Shown one piece after another: positions 6,619-15,447 of a stretch of 32,000 nucleotides of DNA. Position 1 is the first letter of the stretch; every line of letters begins with the position of its first letter. The notes below the pieces were generated by a model, which saw nothing but the letters and a program-made list of their open reading frames with translations, had not been told where the DNA came from and ran no database searches. This stretch comes from Phycisphaera mikurensis NBRC 102666 (GTDB taxonomy: Bacteria; Planctomycetota; Phycisphaerae; Phycisphaerales; Phycisphaeraceae), in assembly GCF_000284115.1 (NCBI RefSeq), contig NC_017080.1:1350001-1382000 (forward strand), read 5' to 3'. Made by a program: the position numbers and the translations under genes.

Positions 6619-9489
6619 TCAGTCCGCGCTCAGGTCGAGCTCGTCACGCCGGATCCCGTAGACGAAGCCCGGCCCGTCGCCCATGTACAGGAGGTCCCAG
6701 CGGCCGTCGCCGTCGGCGTCGCGGGGTGCCACGGCGAAGCCGTGGGTCTCCACGCGGGTGACCCCGCCGTCCGCCCAGCGGATCCGGCGGGCAGGCTCGA
6801 ACACGGGCTCGGCGGCGGTGCCGGCGTTGCGGATCCAGAAGGCGGAGCTGCTCTTGAGTCCCTCGGTGGTCGCCTGGTCCACCGGGTCGGGGTTGTAGAC
6901 CTGCACGTTCTTGGCCACGGTGCCGAAGAGCACGTCCCACACGCCGTCGTCGTCCATGTCGGTGACGGCGAAGGCGGTCCGCCCGGACATGCCCGCCGAG
7001 CCGGAGGTGCGGACGGGGCGGCCGTCCTGGTAGTTCATCGGGATCTCCCGCTCGATCTCGGTGGAGCCGGTGCGTGTCGGCACGCCGGCGACCAGGTTCT
7101 GCTCGGCGTTCAGGTAGAGCAGCACCGGCCGGTCGTCGCCGGCCACGCCGCAGGCGCCGGGCACGCCGGCGGGGCGGTGACGCCACGACACCGGCAGCTT
7201 CGCGTCGGAGCCGGCGCGGGTGAAAACGGCCTCGGAGGTGACGGCGGGGTCGCCGGGGTCGGTCCGCTTCAGCAGCCGGAAGGTCGCGGTGTTGTCGTTG
7301 CCGATGAGGTCCAGCGTGCCGTCGGCGTCCCAGTCGAACAGCTCGGGCTGCGTGTAGCCCCAGCCTCTCTCCTGCGGGCCTTGGAGGTTCTGCTCGCCGA
7401 CGTAGCGGCGGTCGTGGCCGGAGGAGTCCTTCAGCGTGCGGGCGCCTCGGAAGACCATCGGATCGTCGGTGCCCGGGAACAGCAGGTAGTAGCCGGCGCC
7501 GTCGCCGGTGACCAGGTCCGGGGTGCCGTCGCCGTCCCAGTCGCCGACGGCGGGGATGGCGAGCGTCGCCGCGCCCACCACGCCGCCGACGTTCTCGAGG
7601 ACGCCGAGCCGGCGGAAGGCCCCGACCTCTTCGCCGCCGAGGGCGACGGCTCGTCCCGCCGAGCCCGAGCCCACCACGACCTCCTTGGTGCCGTCGCCGT
7701 CGAGGTCCTGCACACCGACGATGTAGGGGATGATGATGTCGCGGGCGTCCGCCTCGCTCGCCAGAAGATTCTGCGCTGCGCCCAGGTGCAGCGAGCCCTC
7801 CGGCGTCCCGGTGAGCACGGGCAGCGCGAGCGCCTCGGACACCGCGGAGAAGAGCAGAACGTGGCGGGTGCCGTCGCGCTCGATCATCGCCGGCACCATC
7901 CGCTGGCTGAAGTTGCGCCACTGCACCGGGTAGTCGTCGCGGCCGAGGTAGACCGGCTGCCGCGGACCGAGCACCAGATCGCCGTTGGAGGCACGCGATC
8001 CGCGGGCCCACTGCAGGGCGTAGTTGACGCGGGTGCCCAGCCACTGGCCGTCGACGCCGTAGCCGCGGAAGCCGGGGGTGTTCTGCGTGTCGGTGTGCGG
8101 CCCGACGTTGGTCTGCGGCTGGATCGTCCACGGCGGCGAGCCGTCGGGCCAGTACATCCGCTTCTGGGCGCGGTCGACCTGGCGGCCGATCAGCAGGTCG
8201 GTCACGCCGTCGCCGTCGGCGTCGCCGAGGAAGAAGTCGCTGTGCAGCGCAAGGTCGCGGAGCGCTGCAGCGCGCTCGCCGGGCTCCACCCGCTCGGCCG
8301 GCCCGGCGGTGCGGGTCTCGTCGCCGCCGGCGGCCGGCGCGGCGAGCCCGATCGGCCGCGGCTTGGCGAACATCGTCCGCTCGCCCGTGGCCGAGACCTC
8401 GCCGACGTGCTCGAGCCGCTGGAGGTGGTAGAGGTCGAAGCCGCCTGCCTCACGCGGCACCGCCTGGTACCGGCCGTTCGCGAAGCCGTGGTCGCTGTGG
8501 CCGCCGTCGTAAAGGGGGAGGCCCGAGGTCGGCGCGGGCGAGGCCTCCGCCCGCGTCGCCGCGTCCACCGGCCGGTACGCCATCGAAGCCGCGGGGATCC
8601 ACTCCGAGCTTCCGAGCACGAGCAGCTCCGGCGCCTCGCCCTCCCCGCGGGGGATCAGCGAGAGGCCCGCCCACTGCACCGGCAGCGGCTGCGTCGCGTC
8701 GGGAGCGAGGCGGACGTGCGTGAAGTCGCGGTAGGGGTGCGTCTGCGCCGGCGGCACGTCCTCGTAGGCGATGCCCGCGAAGAGGCCGTTCCAGTCGGTG
8801 GCGATGCGCGTCTCGCCGAAGGTCGCGGCGAAGCCGGCGGCGTTGCCGGTGTCGATGCGGACGGTGTTCGATGCCCCGTCGTAGTCCGCCTCGATGACGC
8901 CGTCGGGGCGGCTCGGCACGGACGCCGGCGCCGCATTGCCCGCCGGCCAGGCCCAGACCTCCATGCGGTCGAGGCCTTCGGCCGAGGGGCGGGTGACCAG
9001 CCGGGCGGCGATGGTGATCGGTCCGGTTGCCGAGACCCCCGCCTCGCCGAGCTTCACGTCCGCCCGCTCCTCGCCGAGGCTCACCAGCAGCGTGTTGCCG
9101 CTGGAGAAGCCCACCTTCAGCGGCCGGTTGTTGACGGAGGCGTCCTTGGTGAAGAGCCCGATCGACGCGTGGTCCGAGCCGCCGCCCAGGCCCGAGCGGC
9201 CGACGGTGGTGCGGAAGAAGTACTCGCCAGCTCGCTCGAAGTCGACCTTCACCGCGACGTTGCGGGCCGCCCAGCCGGCGCCGGTGAGGCCGCCGCCGCC
9301 CGCGTAGGCCATGCCCTTGCCGCCCCAGGCCCCGAGGAAGCCGGGGCTCGGCAGCTCGGCCTTCAGCGACCCCGCGTTCCCGACCATCGGGTCCGCGGCG
9401 AGCGCCTCGGCCGCCGCGGGGCCGGCGGAGGCGAACGCGGCGGCAAAAACGGCAGCCGTGGGGAGCGAGCGGGCGGTGGAGCGGGTCAT
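6619..9489 (-). CDS. large secreted protein with FG-GAP/VCBS-type repeats
   Basis: Signal peptide-like N-terminus. Repeats LGDADGDGVTDLLIG, VQDLDGDGTKEVVVG, VGDWDGDGTPDLVTG, LFDWDADGTLDLIG, VTDMDDDGVWDVLFG, PRDADGDGRWDLLYMG. Confidence 0.88.
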   Translation of the reverse strand: MTRSTARSLPTAAVFAAAFASAGPAAAEALAADPMVGNAGSLKAELPSPGFLGAWGGKGMAYAGGGGLTGAGWAARNVAVKVDFERAGEYFFRTTVGRSGLGGGSDHASIGLFTKDASVNNRPLKVGFSSGNTLLVSLGEERADVKLGEAGVSATGPITIAARLVTRPSAEGLDRMEVWAWPAGNAAPASVPSRPDGVIEADYDGASNTVRIDTGNAAGFAATFGETRIATDWNGLFAGIAYEDVPPAQTHPYRDFTHVRLAPDATQPLPVQWAGLSLIPRGEGEAPELLVLGSSEWIPAASMAYRPVDAATRAEASPAPTSGLPLYDGGHSDHGFANGRYQAVPREAGGFDLYHLQRLEHVGEVSATGERTMFAKPRPIGLAAPAAGGDETRTAGPAERVEPGERAAALRDLALHSDFFLGDADGDGVTDLLIGRQVDRAQKRMYWPDGSPPWTIQPQTNVGPHTDTQNTPGFRGYGVDGQWLGTRVNYALQWARGSRASNGDLVLGPRQPVYLGRDDYPVQWRNFSQRMVPAMIERDGTRHVLLFSAVSEALALPVLTGTPEGSLHLGAAQNLLASEADARDIIIPYIVGVQDLDGDGTKEVVVGSGSAGRAVALGGEEVGAFRRLGVLENVGGVVGAATLAIPAVGDWDGDGTPDLVTGDGAGYYLLFPGTDDPMVFRGARTLKDSSGHDRRYVGEQNLQGPQERGWGYTQPELFDWDADGTLDLIGNDNTATFRLLKRTDPGDPAVTSEAVFTRAGSDAKLPVSWRHRPAGVPGACGVAGDDRPVLLYLNAEQNLVAGVPTRTGSTEIEREIPMNYQDGRPVRTSGSAGMSGRTAFAVTDMDDDGVWDVLFGTVAKNVQVYNPDPVDQATTEGLKSSSAFWIRNAGTAAEPVFEPARRIRWADGGVTRVETHGFAVAPRDADGDGRWDLLYMGDGPGFVYGIRRDELDLSAD
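7960..8005. repeat. 46-bp palindromic element, partial match inside CDS
   Basis: CCGCGGACCGA-N24-GCGATCCGCGG; second arm 9/11. Confidence 0.4.
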
Positions 9490-9524
9490 GGCGGGGGCGT
9501 GAGGCGAGAGGAGGGCCTGGGAGC

Positions 9525-9538
9525 TGTAGAATACTACA
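9525..9538 (-). promoter_or_regulatory. TRGTATWC motif upstream of the FG-GAP protein gene
   Basis: TGTAGAATACTACA, with inverted arms TGTAG/CTACA, 36 bp from the 9489 start. Confidence 0.5.
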
Positions 9539-9603
9539 TCGCTTCGAGGGGTCGAGGAAGCGGCAACCTGTCCGACGGCCGGCGGGACGGGGGCAAGCGT
9601 TTC

Positions 9604-10965
9604 TCAACCCGCTCCGGGCAGCGCAAACCCGTCGCCGACCTCTTCGAGCAGCGCCTTCAACCGCCCGTGCAGCTCCCGCCGCTTGGGGGCGGCGTGGGCG
9701 TGGTGGGCGAGGTTGCACATCTCCAGCGGGTCCTCGTCGAGGTCGAACATCAGGTAGGGGGCGCCCGCGAAGCTCGCGTACTTCCAGCCGTCGGCGGTAA
9801 CGATCCCGCGCCACGGCAGGTCGTTGGCGGGGCCGTGCCCGGTCGGCCGGATGTACTGCAGCAGCGCCGCGTCGGGCGGTGTGCCCTCGGCCCGGGCGAG
9901 CCCGCCGGGGCGGGCGGCGGCGGAGAAGTCGAAGCCGGGCATCGCGTCGGGCTTGGGGATCCCGCACAACCCCAGCGTCGTGGGAACCGCGTCGACGGTC
10001 CCGATCGGCGCCGCTTCGGCGTGCGGCATCGCGTAGTGCCGGTCGCAGGGCCCGCCGACGATCATCGGCACGTTCACGCTGCCCGCGTAGGGCGTGCATT
10101 TGCGGAAGTGCCCGTGCTGGCCGTGCTGGTCGCCGTGGTCGGAGAGGTAGACCACCGCCGTGTCGTCGGCGAGGCCGAGCCGGCGCAGGGCCTCGCGGAT
10201 CCGGCCGACGTTGTGGTCGAGGTTCTCCACGAGGGCGTTCGCCCCGGCGATCTCGCGGCGGGCCTGCTCCTCGATCCGCGGAATCGGCGGGACGTTGCGT
10301 GGCAGCACGACGTCGGCGGGTCGGTGCCGCCGCATCCAGTCCGCCGGCGCGGTGTATGGGTCGTGCGGCGGCTGCACCGAGATCGCGACGAAGAAGGACG
10401 CGCCCGCGGCGGCGAGCTCTTCGAGGTGCCCGATCGCGAGGTCCGTCAGGTCGTCGGTCTCGAAGGAGGGCAGCCGGTGCCGCTCCACCTCCTCGGTGGT
10501 GTCGCCGGTCCGCCGGTGGCCGTGCACGTGGCAGTCGAACTGCGCATTGTTGTTCTCGTAGCCGATCCACGTGTCGAAGCCGCCGCGCCGCTCGCGCGGG
10601 ACGTGGTGGAAAGCCGCCCGGCCCGTCTTCTCGTGGAAGCCGTCCAGGTGCCACTTGCCGAACCACGCGGTGCGGCGGCCGGCCTCGCGGAAGGCGTGCG
10701 CGATCGTCGGCATCTCCGGCGGCATGCGCACCTCGTGCCCGTCCACGCAGTGGTGCGGGTAGCGCCCGGTGAGCAGCGTGCCCCGGGCGGGGCAGCACAG
10801 CGGGAAGACGCTCTGGTGCCGGGTGAAGCGCACGCCCTCGGCGGCGAGCCGGTCGAGGTTGGGCGTCGCGGCGTTCGGGTCGCCGGCACACGAGAGCATC
10901 GAGGCGGGGTGCTGGTCGGAGAGGATCCAGACCGCGTTGCGGGCGAAGGGGCACGACTTGGACAT
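9604..10965 (-). CDS. sulfatase (S1 family)
   Basis: [28 protein letters not shown]...[18 protein letters not shown]...[13 protein letters not shown]. Confidence 0.92.
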   Translation of the reverse strand: MSKSCPFARNAVWILSDQHPASMLSCAGDPNAATPNLDRLAAEGVRFTRHQSVFPLCCPARGTLLTGRYPHHCVDGHEVRMPPEMPTIAHAFREAGRRTAWFGKWHLDGFHEKTGRAAFHHVPRERRGGFDTWIGYENNNAQFDCHVHGHRRTGDTTEEVERHRLPSFETDDLTDLAIGHLEELAAAGASFFVAISVQPPHDPYTAPADWMRRHRPADVVLPRNVPPIPRIEEQARREIAGANALVENLDHNVGRIREALRRLGLADDTAVVYLSDHGDQHGQHGHFRKCTPYAGSVNVPMIVGGPCDRHYAMPHAEAAPIGTVDAVPTTLGLCGIPKPDAMPGFDFSAAARPGGLARAEGTPPDAALLQYIRPTGHGPANDLPWRGIVTADGWKYASFAGAPYLMFDLDEDPLEMCNLAHHAHAAPKRRELHGRLKALLEEVGDGFALPGAG

Positions 10966-11091
10966 GAAGAAGGATGCGCGGAGCACGGGGACGGCTCCGC
11001 TGGCGCCCGGGCCCGGCGGTTGGCGGACCCGGCTCCGGCGCGTGCCCGGGCCCGCACCCGAGACCGGGAGCACTTGCCTCCGAGCGTTCAG

Positions 11092-11101
11092 TAGTATACC
11101 A
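11092..11101. promoter_or_regulatory. TRGTATWC motif in divergent intergenic region
   Basis: TAGTATACCA between the sulfatase (start 10965) and the pseudopilin gene (start 11219). Confidence 0.5.
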
Positions 11102-11218
11102 TTCGGGGTGGCTCGGCCCGTCCTCTCGTGGCGCCGGGCTTGCCGAGGGCCGATTCTCCTCGCCCCCGCGTCCCGGTCTCTGGGTGTTTCCGCTCTTCGC
11201 CTCCTCCTCGGTGTCCCC

Positions 11219-12061
11219 ATGCCCCGCTCCCGACGTTTCCGCTCCGCCTTCACGCTCATCGAGCTGCTGGTCGTCATCTCCATCATCGCCATACTCGTGG
11301 GCATCCTTCTGCCGGCGCTGGGCGCAGCCCGTGACGCGGCCAAGAACGTGCAGTGCCTCTCGAACCTCCGGCAGGTCGGCATCGCGGCGAGCGCCTACGC
11401 CGCGGACTTCGGCCGCTACCCCACGCACGTGCAGGAGCTGGTGGCGGCGAGCAGCCTGCCCACGCAGCTCAAGCTGTTCAACACCGCCGGCGACCCGGAC
11501 CGCGACCTCCGCCGGCTCTGGGCGGATTACATGAGCAGCGTGAACGCGATCGAGTGCCCCTACACGGAGCCGTTGGACCTCTCCAGAGAGAACATCCCCG
11601 TCGCGTCGAGCGATCGCGTCTACGTCGACTTCTTCCTCACCCCCGGCTACTGGAGCAACGAGGCCGCGCGGACCGGACCCTTCTCCGAGGTGCCCGGCGC
11701 CCGCACCGGCCTCTGGACGAGCCCGGACGAGAACTGGGAGATCGCCGAAGAGAAGTACGAGGTCATCGCGGGCGATCTCGCGCTCATCCGCGGCCGCTTC
11801 AACGGCGCCTTCGGCCAGTTCAATCACGTCAACGGCTTGAGCGGCGACATCATCGAGAGCGTCAACGACACGCCCGGCAGCTTCTGGAGCACCTTCTTCC
11901 GCGTCAACAATGCCTTCCCCGACAAATACTTCGACGGCCGGGCGAACTACGTCCTGCGGGACGGAAGCGCCTCGGGCTACGAGGTGCGTGACCCGAAGAT
12001 CCGCGAACTCGCACTCACGGGCACCCGGCAGCCTTGGCGGATGATGTTGCCGACGCAGTGA
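11219..12061 (+). CDS. type II secretion-like pseudopilin / prepilin-cleavage-domain protein (planctomycete type)
   Basis: [56 protein letters not shown]. Confidence 0.9.
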   Translation: MPRSRRFRSAFTLIELLVVISIIAILVGILLPALGAARDAAKNVQCLSNLRQVGIAASAYAADFGRYPTHVQELVAASSLPTQLKLFNTAGDPDRDLRRLWADYMSSVNAIECPYTEPLDLSRENIPVASSDRVYVDFFLTPGYWSNEAARTGPFSEVPGARTGLWTSPDENWEIAEEKYEVIAGDLALIRGRFNGAFGQFNHVNGLSGDIIESVNDTPGSFWSTFFRVNNAFPDKYFDGRANYVLRDGSASGYEVRDPKIRELALTGTRQPWRMMLPTQ

Positions 12062-12915
12062 CCGCCGCGGCGGCGACACCCCGCAGAACGTTTACGCTCG
12101 CCCGCATGCAGCGGACCCGGGCCGACGCGAAGCTCCCCAACTTGGCCCGAGGCAGCGGCTCCGCCCCCGAGGCGGGCGACGGCTCGGGCCTGCCGCTCAA
12201 GCCGACGCTGTCCAGCCGGGCGTACCGGCAGATCCGCCAGATGCTGCTCGACGGCACCCTCGCCGAGGGCATGCTCGTCAGCGAGCAGTCGCTCGCGGCG
12301 AAGCTGGGCATCAGCCGCACGCCGGTGCGCGAGGCGATCCGTCGGCTGCGGGCCGAGCGGATCGTCGAGCAGGTCCACCGCGTGGGCACCACCGTGCGGA
12401 AGCCCAGCCCCGAAGAACTCGTCGAGCTCTACGACCTGCGGGAGGCGCTGGAGGTGTTCGCCGCGGGCCGGGCCGCGAGCGGCGCCGCGAGCGAGAAGCA
12501 GCTCGACCGCCTCGGCCGCTACTGCGACGCGATGATGATCCTCGCCCGCCGCCTCCGCGCCGCGGACCGCGGGCGGAAAGACGCCGAAGCCGCCACGGTC
12601 CGCGGCCAGTTCTTCGCCGCCGACATGGCCTTCCACACCGAGCTGATGGGCGTCACCGGCAACGCGGCGATGCTCAACCTGATCCGCGAGACCCGCGTCT
12701 TCACGCAGATCTTCACGCACCGCCGCCACCCCTTCATCGACGACCTCACGATCGCCCACGTCTACCGGCACCACCGGCGGATCCTAAACGCGATCCGCCA
12801 CGGCAACGCCGCCGAAGCCGGCCGCCGCATGGCCGATCACATCCGCGCGAGCAAGGAGGGCATGCTGCCCTTCCTGCGCGAGCGCGAGGCGGCTGGGGCG
12901 GTTGAAGTCCGCTGA
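12034..12915 (+). CDS. GntR-family transcriptional regulator with FCD-type C-terminal domain
   Basis: [62 protein letters not shown] plus FCD-like helical domain ([14 protein letters not shown]...[24 protein letters not shown]). Overlaps the pseudopilin 3' end. Confidence 0.93.
   Translation: MADDVADAVTAAAATPRRTFTLARMQRTRADAKLPNLARGSGSAPEAGDGSGLPLKPTLSSRAYRQIRQMLLDGTLAEGMLVSEQSLAAKLGISRTPVREAIRRLRAERIVEQVHRVGTTVRKPSPEELVELYDLREALEVFAAGRAASGAASEKQLDRLGRYCDAMMILARRLRAADRGRKDAEAATVRGQFFAADMAFHTELMGVTGNAAMLNLIRETRVFTQIFTHRRHPFIDDLTIAHVYRHHRRILNAIRHGNAAEAGRRMADHIRASKEGMLPFLREREAAGAVEVR
12560..12605. repeat. 46-bp palindromic element inside the GntR CDS
   Basis: CCGCGGACCGC-N24-ACGGTCCGCGG. Encodes [16 protein letters not shown]. 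Confidence 0.75.
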
Positions 12916-13063
12916 CGCGGCTCACCGCCGGGGCGTCGGAGTCGACCCGGGCCGGCCGTTCCGGTTGCGTCGAGGGGCCAGCCCCCGCCGCGGTGTACGC
13001 AGAGCGTGGTGCCGCACGCCGGCGATCCCGGGAGCGGCTGGCCGTGGAAGGGTGTCGGGTGCT

Positions 13064-13666
13064 TCAGGCGTCGCGGCGACGCTTCAGCAGCAGCACGCCG
13101 CCGGCGAGGGCCAACGCCGCGGAGGCGGGCTCGGGGATCGCGTCGATGTTCACGGCGTTGATGCGGTAGCCGACGTTCCCGCCGGTGCCCGTCGAGAGGT
13201 TGTCCACCGTGAGCACCTCGCCGGCGGCAAAGGAGAGGCCCAGGGGCACGTCGCTGTCGGGCGCCTGAGCGGACAGGGCGGTGGAGAAGGTCGCGGAGTC
13301 GCCGTCGGCGGCGGACACCGTGATGGTGTGGGTGCCATCGAAGAGGCGGGCGGTGAGGCCGATCAACGTGCCGGCGGTGTCGAAGCTCAGCGTGTAGGAC
13401 TCGCCGCTGCTCACGTTGAAGCCGGGGTTGGTGAAGCGTGTCTCGCCCGGACCCACGATGCCGGTCCCGCCGCCGGTGCCCTCGAAGATCCCGCTGCCGG
13501 TGCTCATGGTCAGCGTCACGCCGTCGGCGGTGGTGGTGCCCGAAGACACGCCCTCCAGGAAGGTGCCGTTGTTGGCGTTGAAGTCGGTGAACGAGACGGG
13601 GACGGCGGAGGCGGTGCCCGCGACCGCGGTGCAGGCGGCGGCGGACAGGACGGAGCGGAAGAGCAT
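13064..13666 (-). CDS. PEP-CTERM sorting domain secreted protein
   Basis: Signal peptide MLFRSVLSAAACTAVAGTASA; C-terminus IPEPASAALALAGGVLLLKRRRDA. Confidence 0.85.
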   Translation of the reverse strand: MLFRSVLSAAACTAVAGTASAVPVSFTDFNANNGTFLEGVSSGTTTADGVTLTMSTGSGIFEGTGGGTGIVGPGETRFTNPGFNVSSGESYTLSFDTAGTLIGLTARLFDGTHTITVSAADGDSATFSTALSAQAPDSDVPLGLSFAAGEVLTVDNLSTGTGGNVGYRINAVNIDAIPEPASAALALAGGVLLLKRRRDA

Positions 13667-13722
13667 GGGTTCTCCAAGACATGAACGGTCTGGCGTGCGG
13701 GGACACCCCCGCACCGGGCACC

Positions 13723-13732
13723 AAGTATACCA
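13723..13732 (-). promoter_or_regulatory. TRGTATWC motif upstream of the PEP-CTERM gene
   Basis: Minus strand TGGTATACTT, 57 bp from the 13666 start. Confidence 0.5.
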
Positions 13733-13814
13733 GATGGATGCGGTGCCGACCACGCCTGGTCGAGACCAAACCCAAGAGAAGGCGGCGTGGCCGATCCGCA
13801 ACGGGCGGCGCTGC

Positions 13815-15440
13815 TTAGCGGTTCCACGCCGTACCGGCGAGGCTGCCGCCGGCGGCGAAATACGCGTCGACGCTGAGCTTTGTGGGGTCGAGCGTCGTCT
13901 CCTTGGCGATCGCCCGGTCGAAGGCCTCGGCGGCGGACTCCACCGGGTGCGGGTGGCCGGGCGGCAGGCGGTCGGCCCAGCGGCCGTCGTTGATCTCGAC
14001 GCGGCCGGCGGCGGCGGCCCGGGCGGCGTCGTCGAGCGGGGGCTCGGGCCAGACGCGGAAGCCGGTGGCGTCGGTGGAGCGGTCGCCCAAGCCGTGTTCG
14101 CGCTCCCAGGCGAGCGCGGCGGCACGCCACCGGGCGACCCACGCGGGCGGATCGTCCCGCTCCGCGAGGTTCTCGAGCTCGTGCGGGTCGGCGGCGAGGT
14201 CGTAGGCCTCCTCGCGGCCGCCGCTGGCCCAGAACACGTACTTCTCCTTGTCACTCCGCCGGCAGACCCAGCGTTGGTCGTCGTGGCCGAAGTCGATGAC
14301 GTGGGCCTCGCGCTCCGGCGCGGGAGCGAGCAGGCTGGCGCCGGGGAGCGGCGGGAGCTCGGTGGGGAAGGGCGGGTCCGCCGCGTCGAGAACCGTGGGC
14401 AGCACATCGGTGAGGCAGGCGAGGCGGTCGTCGACGGCTCCGGCGGGGATCCGGCCGGGCCAGCGGGCGATCAGCGGGATCCGAACCGACGCCTCGTAGG
14501 GCGTGTTCTTCTGCGAGAGGCCGTGGTCGCCGAGCATCTCGCCGTGGTCGGAGAGGAACAGCACCAGCGTGTTTTTGGAAAGGCCCAGTGCGTCGAGGCG
14601 GTCGAGAACCGAGCCGACGCAGGCGTCCACGTGAGCCACCTGGCCGTGGTAGAGCGCGGCGATGCGGCGCATCCGCGGCGGGTCGAGGTGGGCGCCATCG
14701 AGCCGGCCGCGGTGGGCGCGGGCCGGGGCGGGGAGGCTCTCCAGCGGGCGGTCCGCGTAAACCGGCGGCGGCATGTCATCGGGGTCGAAGACGTCGTCCC
14801 AGGGCTCAACCGGCGCGAAGGGCGGGTGCGGGGCGATCCACGAGGACCACAGGAAGAACGGCCGGCCGCCGTCGTAGGCGGCGTGTTCCTCTAGAAAAGC
14901 GTTGGAGCAATCGGCGACCCATCGGTTCTGCGAGCGCGGCTCGGGCACGCCGCTGGTCTGCGGCTGGTAGTACAGGAGGTCGCGGAGGCCCTGCGGGAAC
15001 CGCGTCGGCACGCCGGACCTCTGCAGGTGCTTCAGGTAGTCGTCGTGGGCGAGGCAGTCGATGCACTCCTCCATCAGCTCCTGGTGCTGGAAGCCGAAGG
15101 GCCGACGGCCGAAGTGGAACTTGCCGACGCCGCGCGTCGTGTACGCGGCGTCGTTGAGGCAGGTCATCAGCGTCGGCCACAGCGGCGTGGGCGCGTCGGG
15201 TCCGCCGGGGCCGCCGTTGGCGGTGACGCCGGTCTCGCGGGCCCGCCGCCCGGTGAGCAGGCTGTACCGGGCCGCCATGCAGATTGGCGTGGGCGTGACC
15301 GCCTGGGAGAAGCGCGTGCCCTCCGCCGCGAGCCGGTCGAGGTTCGGCGTGCGGGCGGTGGAGCTGCCGGCGCAACCGAGGGCGTCGTGGCGGAGCTGGT
15401 CCGCCATCAGCAGCAGCACGTTGGGGCGCTCGGCGGGCAT
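13815..15440 (-). CDS. sulfatase (S1 family)
   Basis: MPAERPNVLLLMADQLRHDALGCAG...TPICMAARYSLLTGRRARETG...FLSDHGEMLGDHG. Confidence 0.93.
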   Translation of the reverse strand: MPAERPNVLLLMADQLRHDALGCAGSSTARTPNLDRLAAEGTRFSQAVTPTPICMAARYSLLTGRRARETGVTANGGPGGPDAPTPLWPTLMTCLNDAAYTTRGVGKFHFGRRPFGFQHQELMEECIDCLAHDDYLKHLQRSGVPTRFPQGLRDLLYYQPQTSGVPEPRSQNRWVADCSNAFLEEHAAYDGGRPFFLWSSWIAPHPPFAPVEPWDDVFDPDDMPPPVYADRPLESLPAPARAHRGRLDGAHLDPPRMRRIAALYHGQVAHVDACVGSVLDRLDALGLSKNTLVLFLSDHGEMLGDHGLSQKNTPYEASVRIPLIARWPGRIPAGAVDDRLACLTDVLPTVLDAADPPFPTELPPLPGASLLAPAPEREAHVIDFGHDDQRWVCRRSDKEKYVFWASGGREEAYDLAADPHELENLAERDDPPAWVARWRAAALAWEREHGLGDRSTDATGFRVWPEPPLDDAARAAAAGRVEINDGRWADRLPPGHPHPVESAAEAFDRAIAKETTLDPTKLSVDAYFAAGGSLAGTAWNR

Positions 15441-15447
15441 GGGATCC

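Noticed and set aside
6619-9489. Tandem repeat domain expansion in the FG-GAP protein
   Set aside because: D-x-D-G-D-G motifs recur as expected for VCBS/FG-GAP beta-propellers; no unusual DNA repeats.
6376-11094. 1572-aa plus-strand ORF
   Set aside because: Shadow ORF antisense to clear FG-GAP and sulfatase genes; Arg/Gly/His-rich sequence without domains, typical of high-GC third-position bias.
8450-12079. 1209-aa minus-strand ORF
   Set aside because: Overlaps the FG-GAP gene, the sulfatase and the pseudopilin in other frames; low-complexity Arg/Pro-rich translation.
13064-13666. Exosortase system encoded locally with PEP-CTERM proteins
   Set aside because: No exosortase-like multi-TM ORF found in the window; it is presumably elsewhere.
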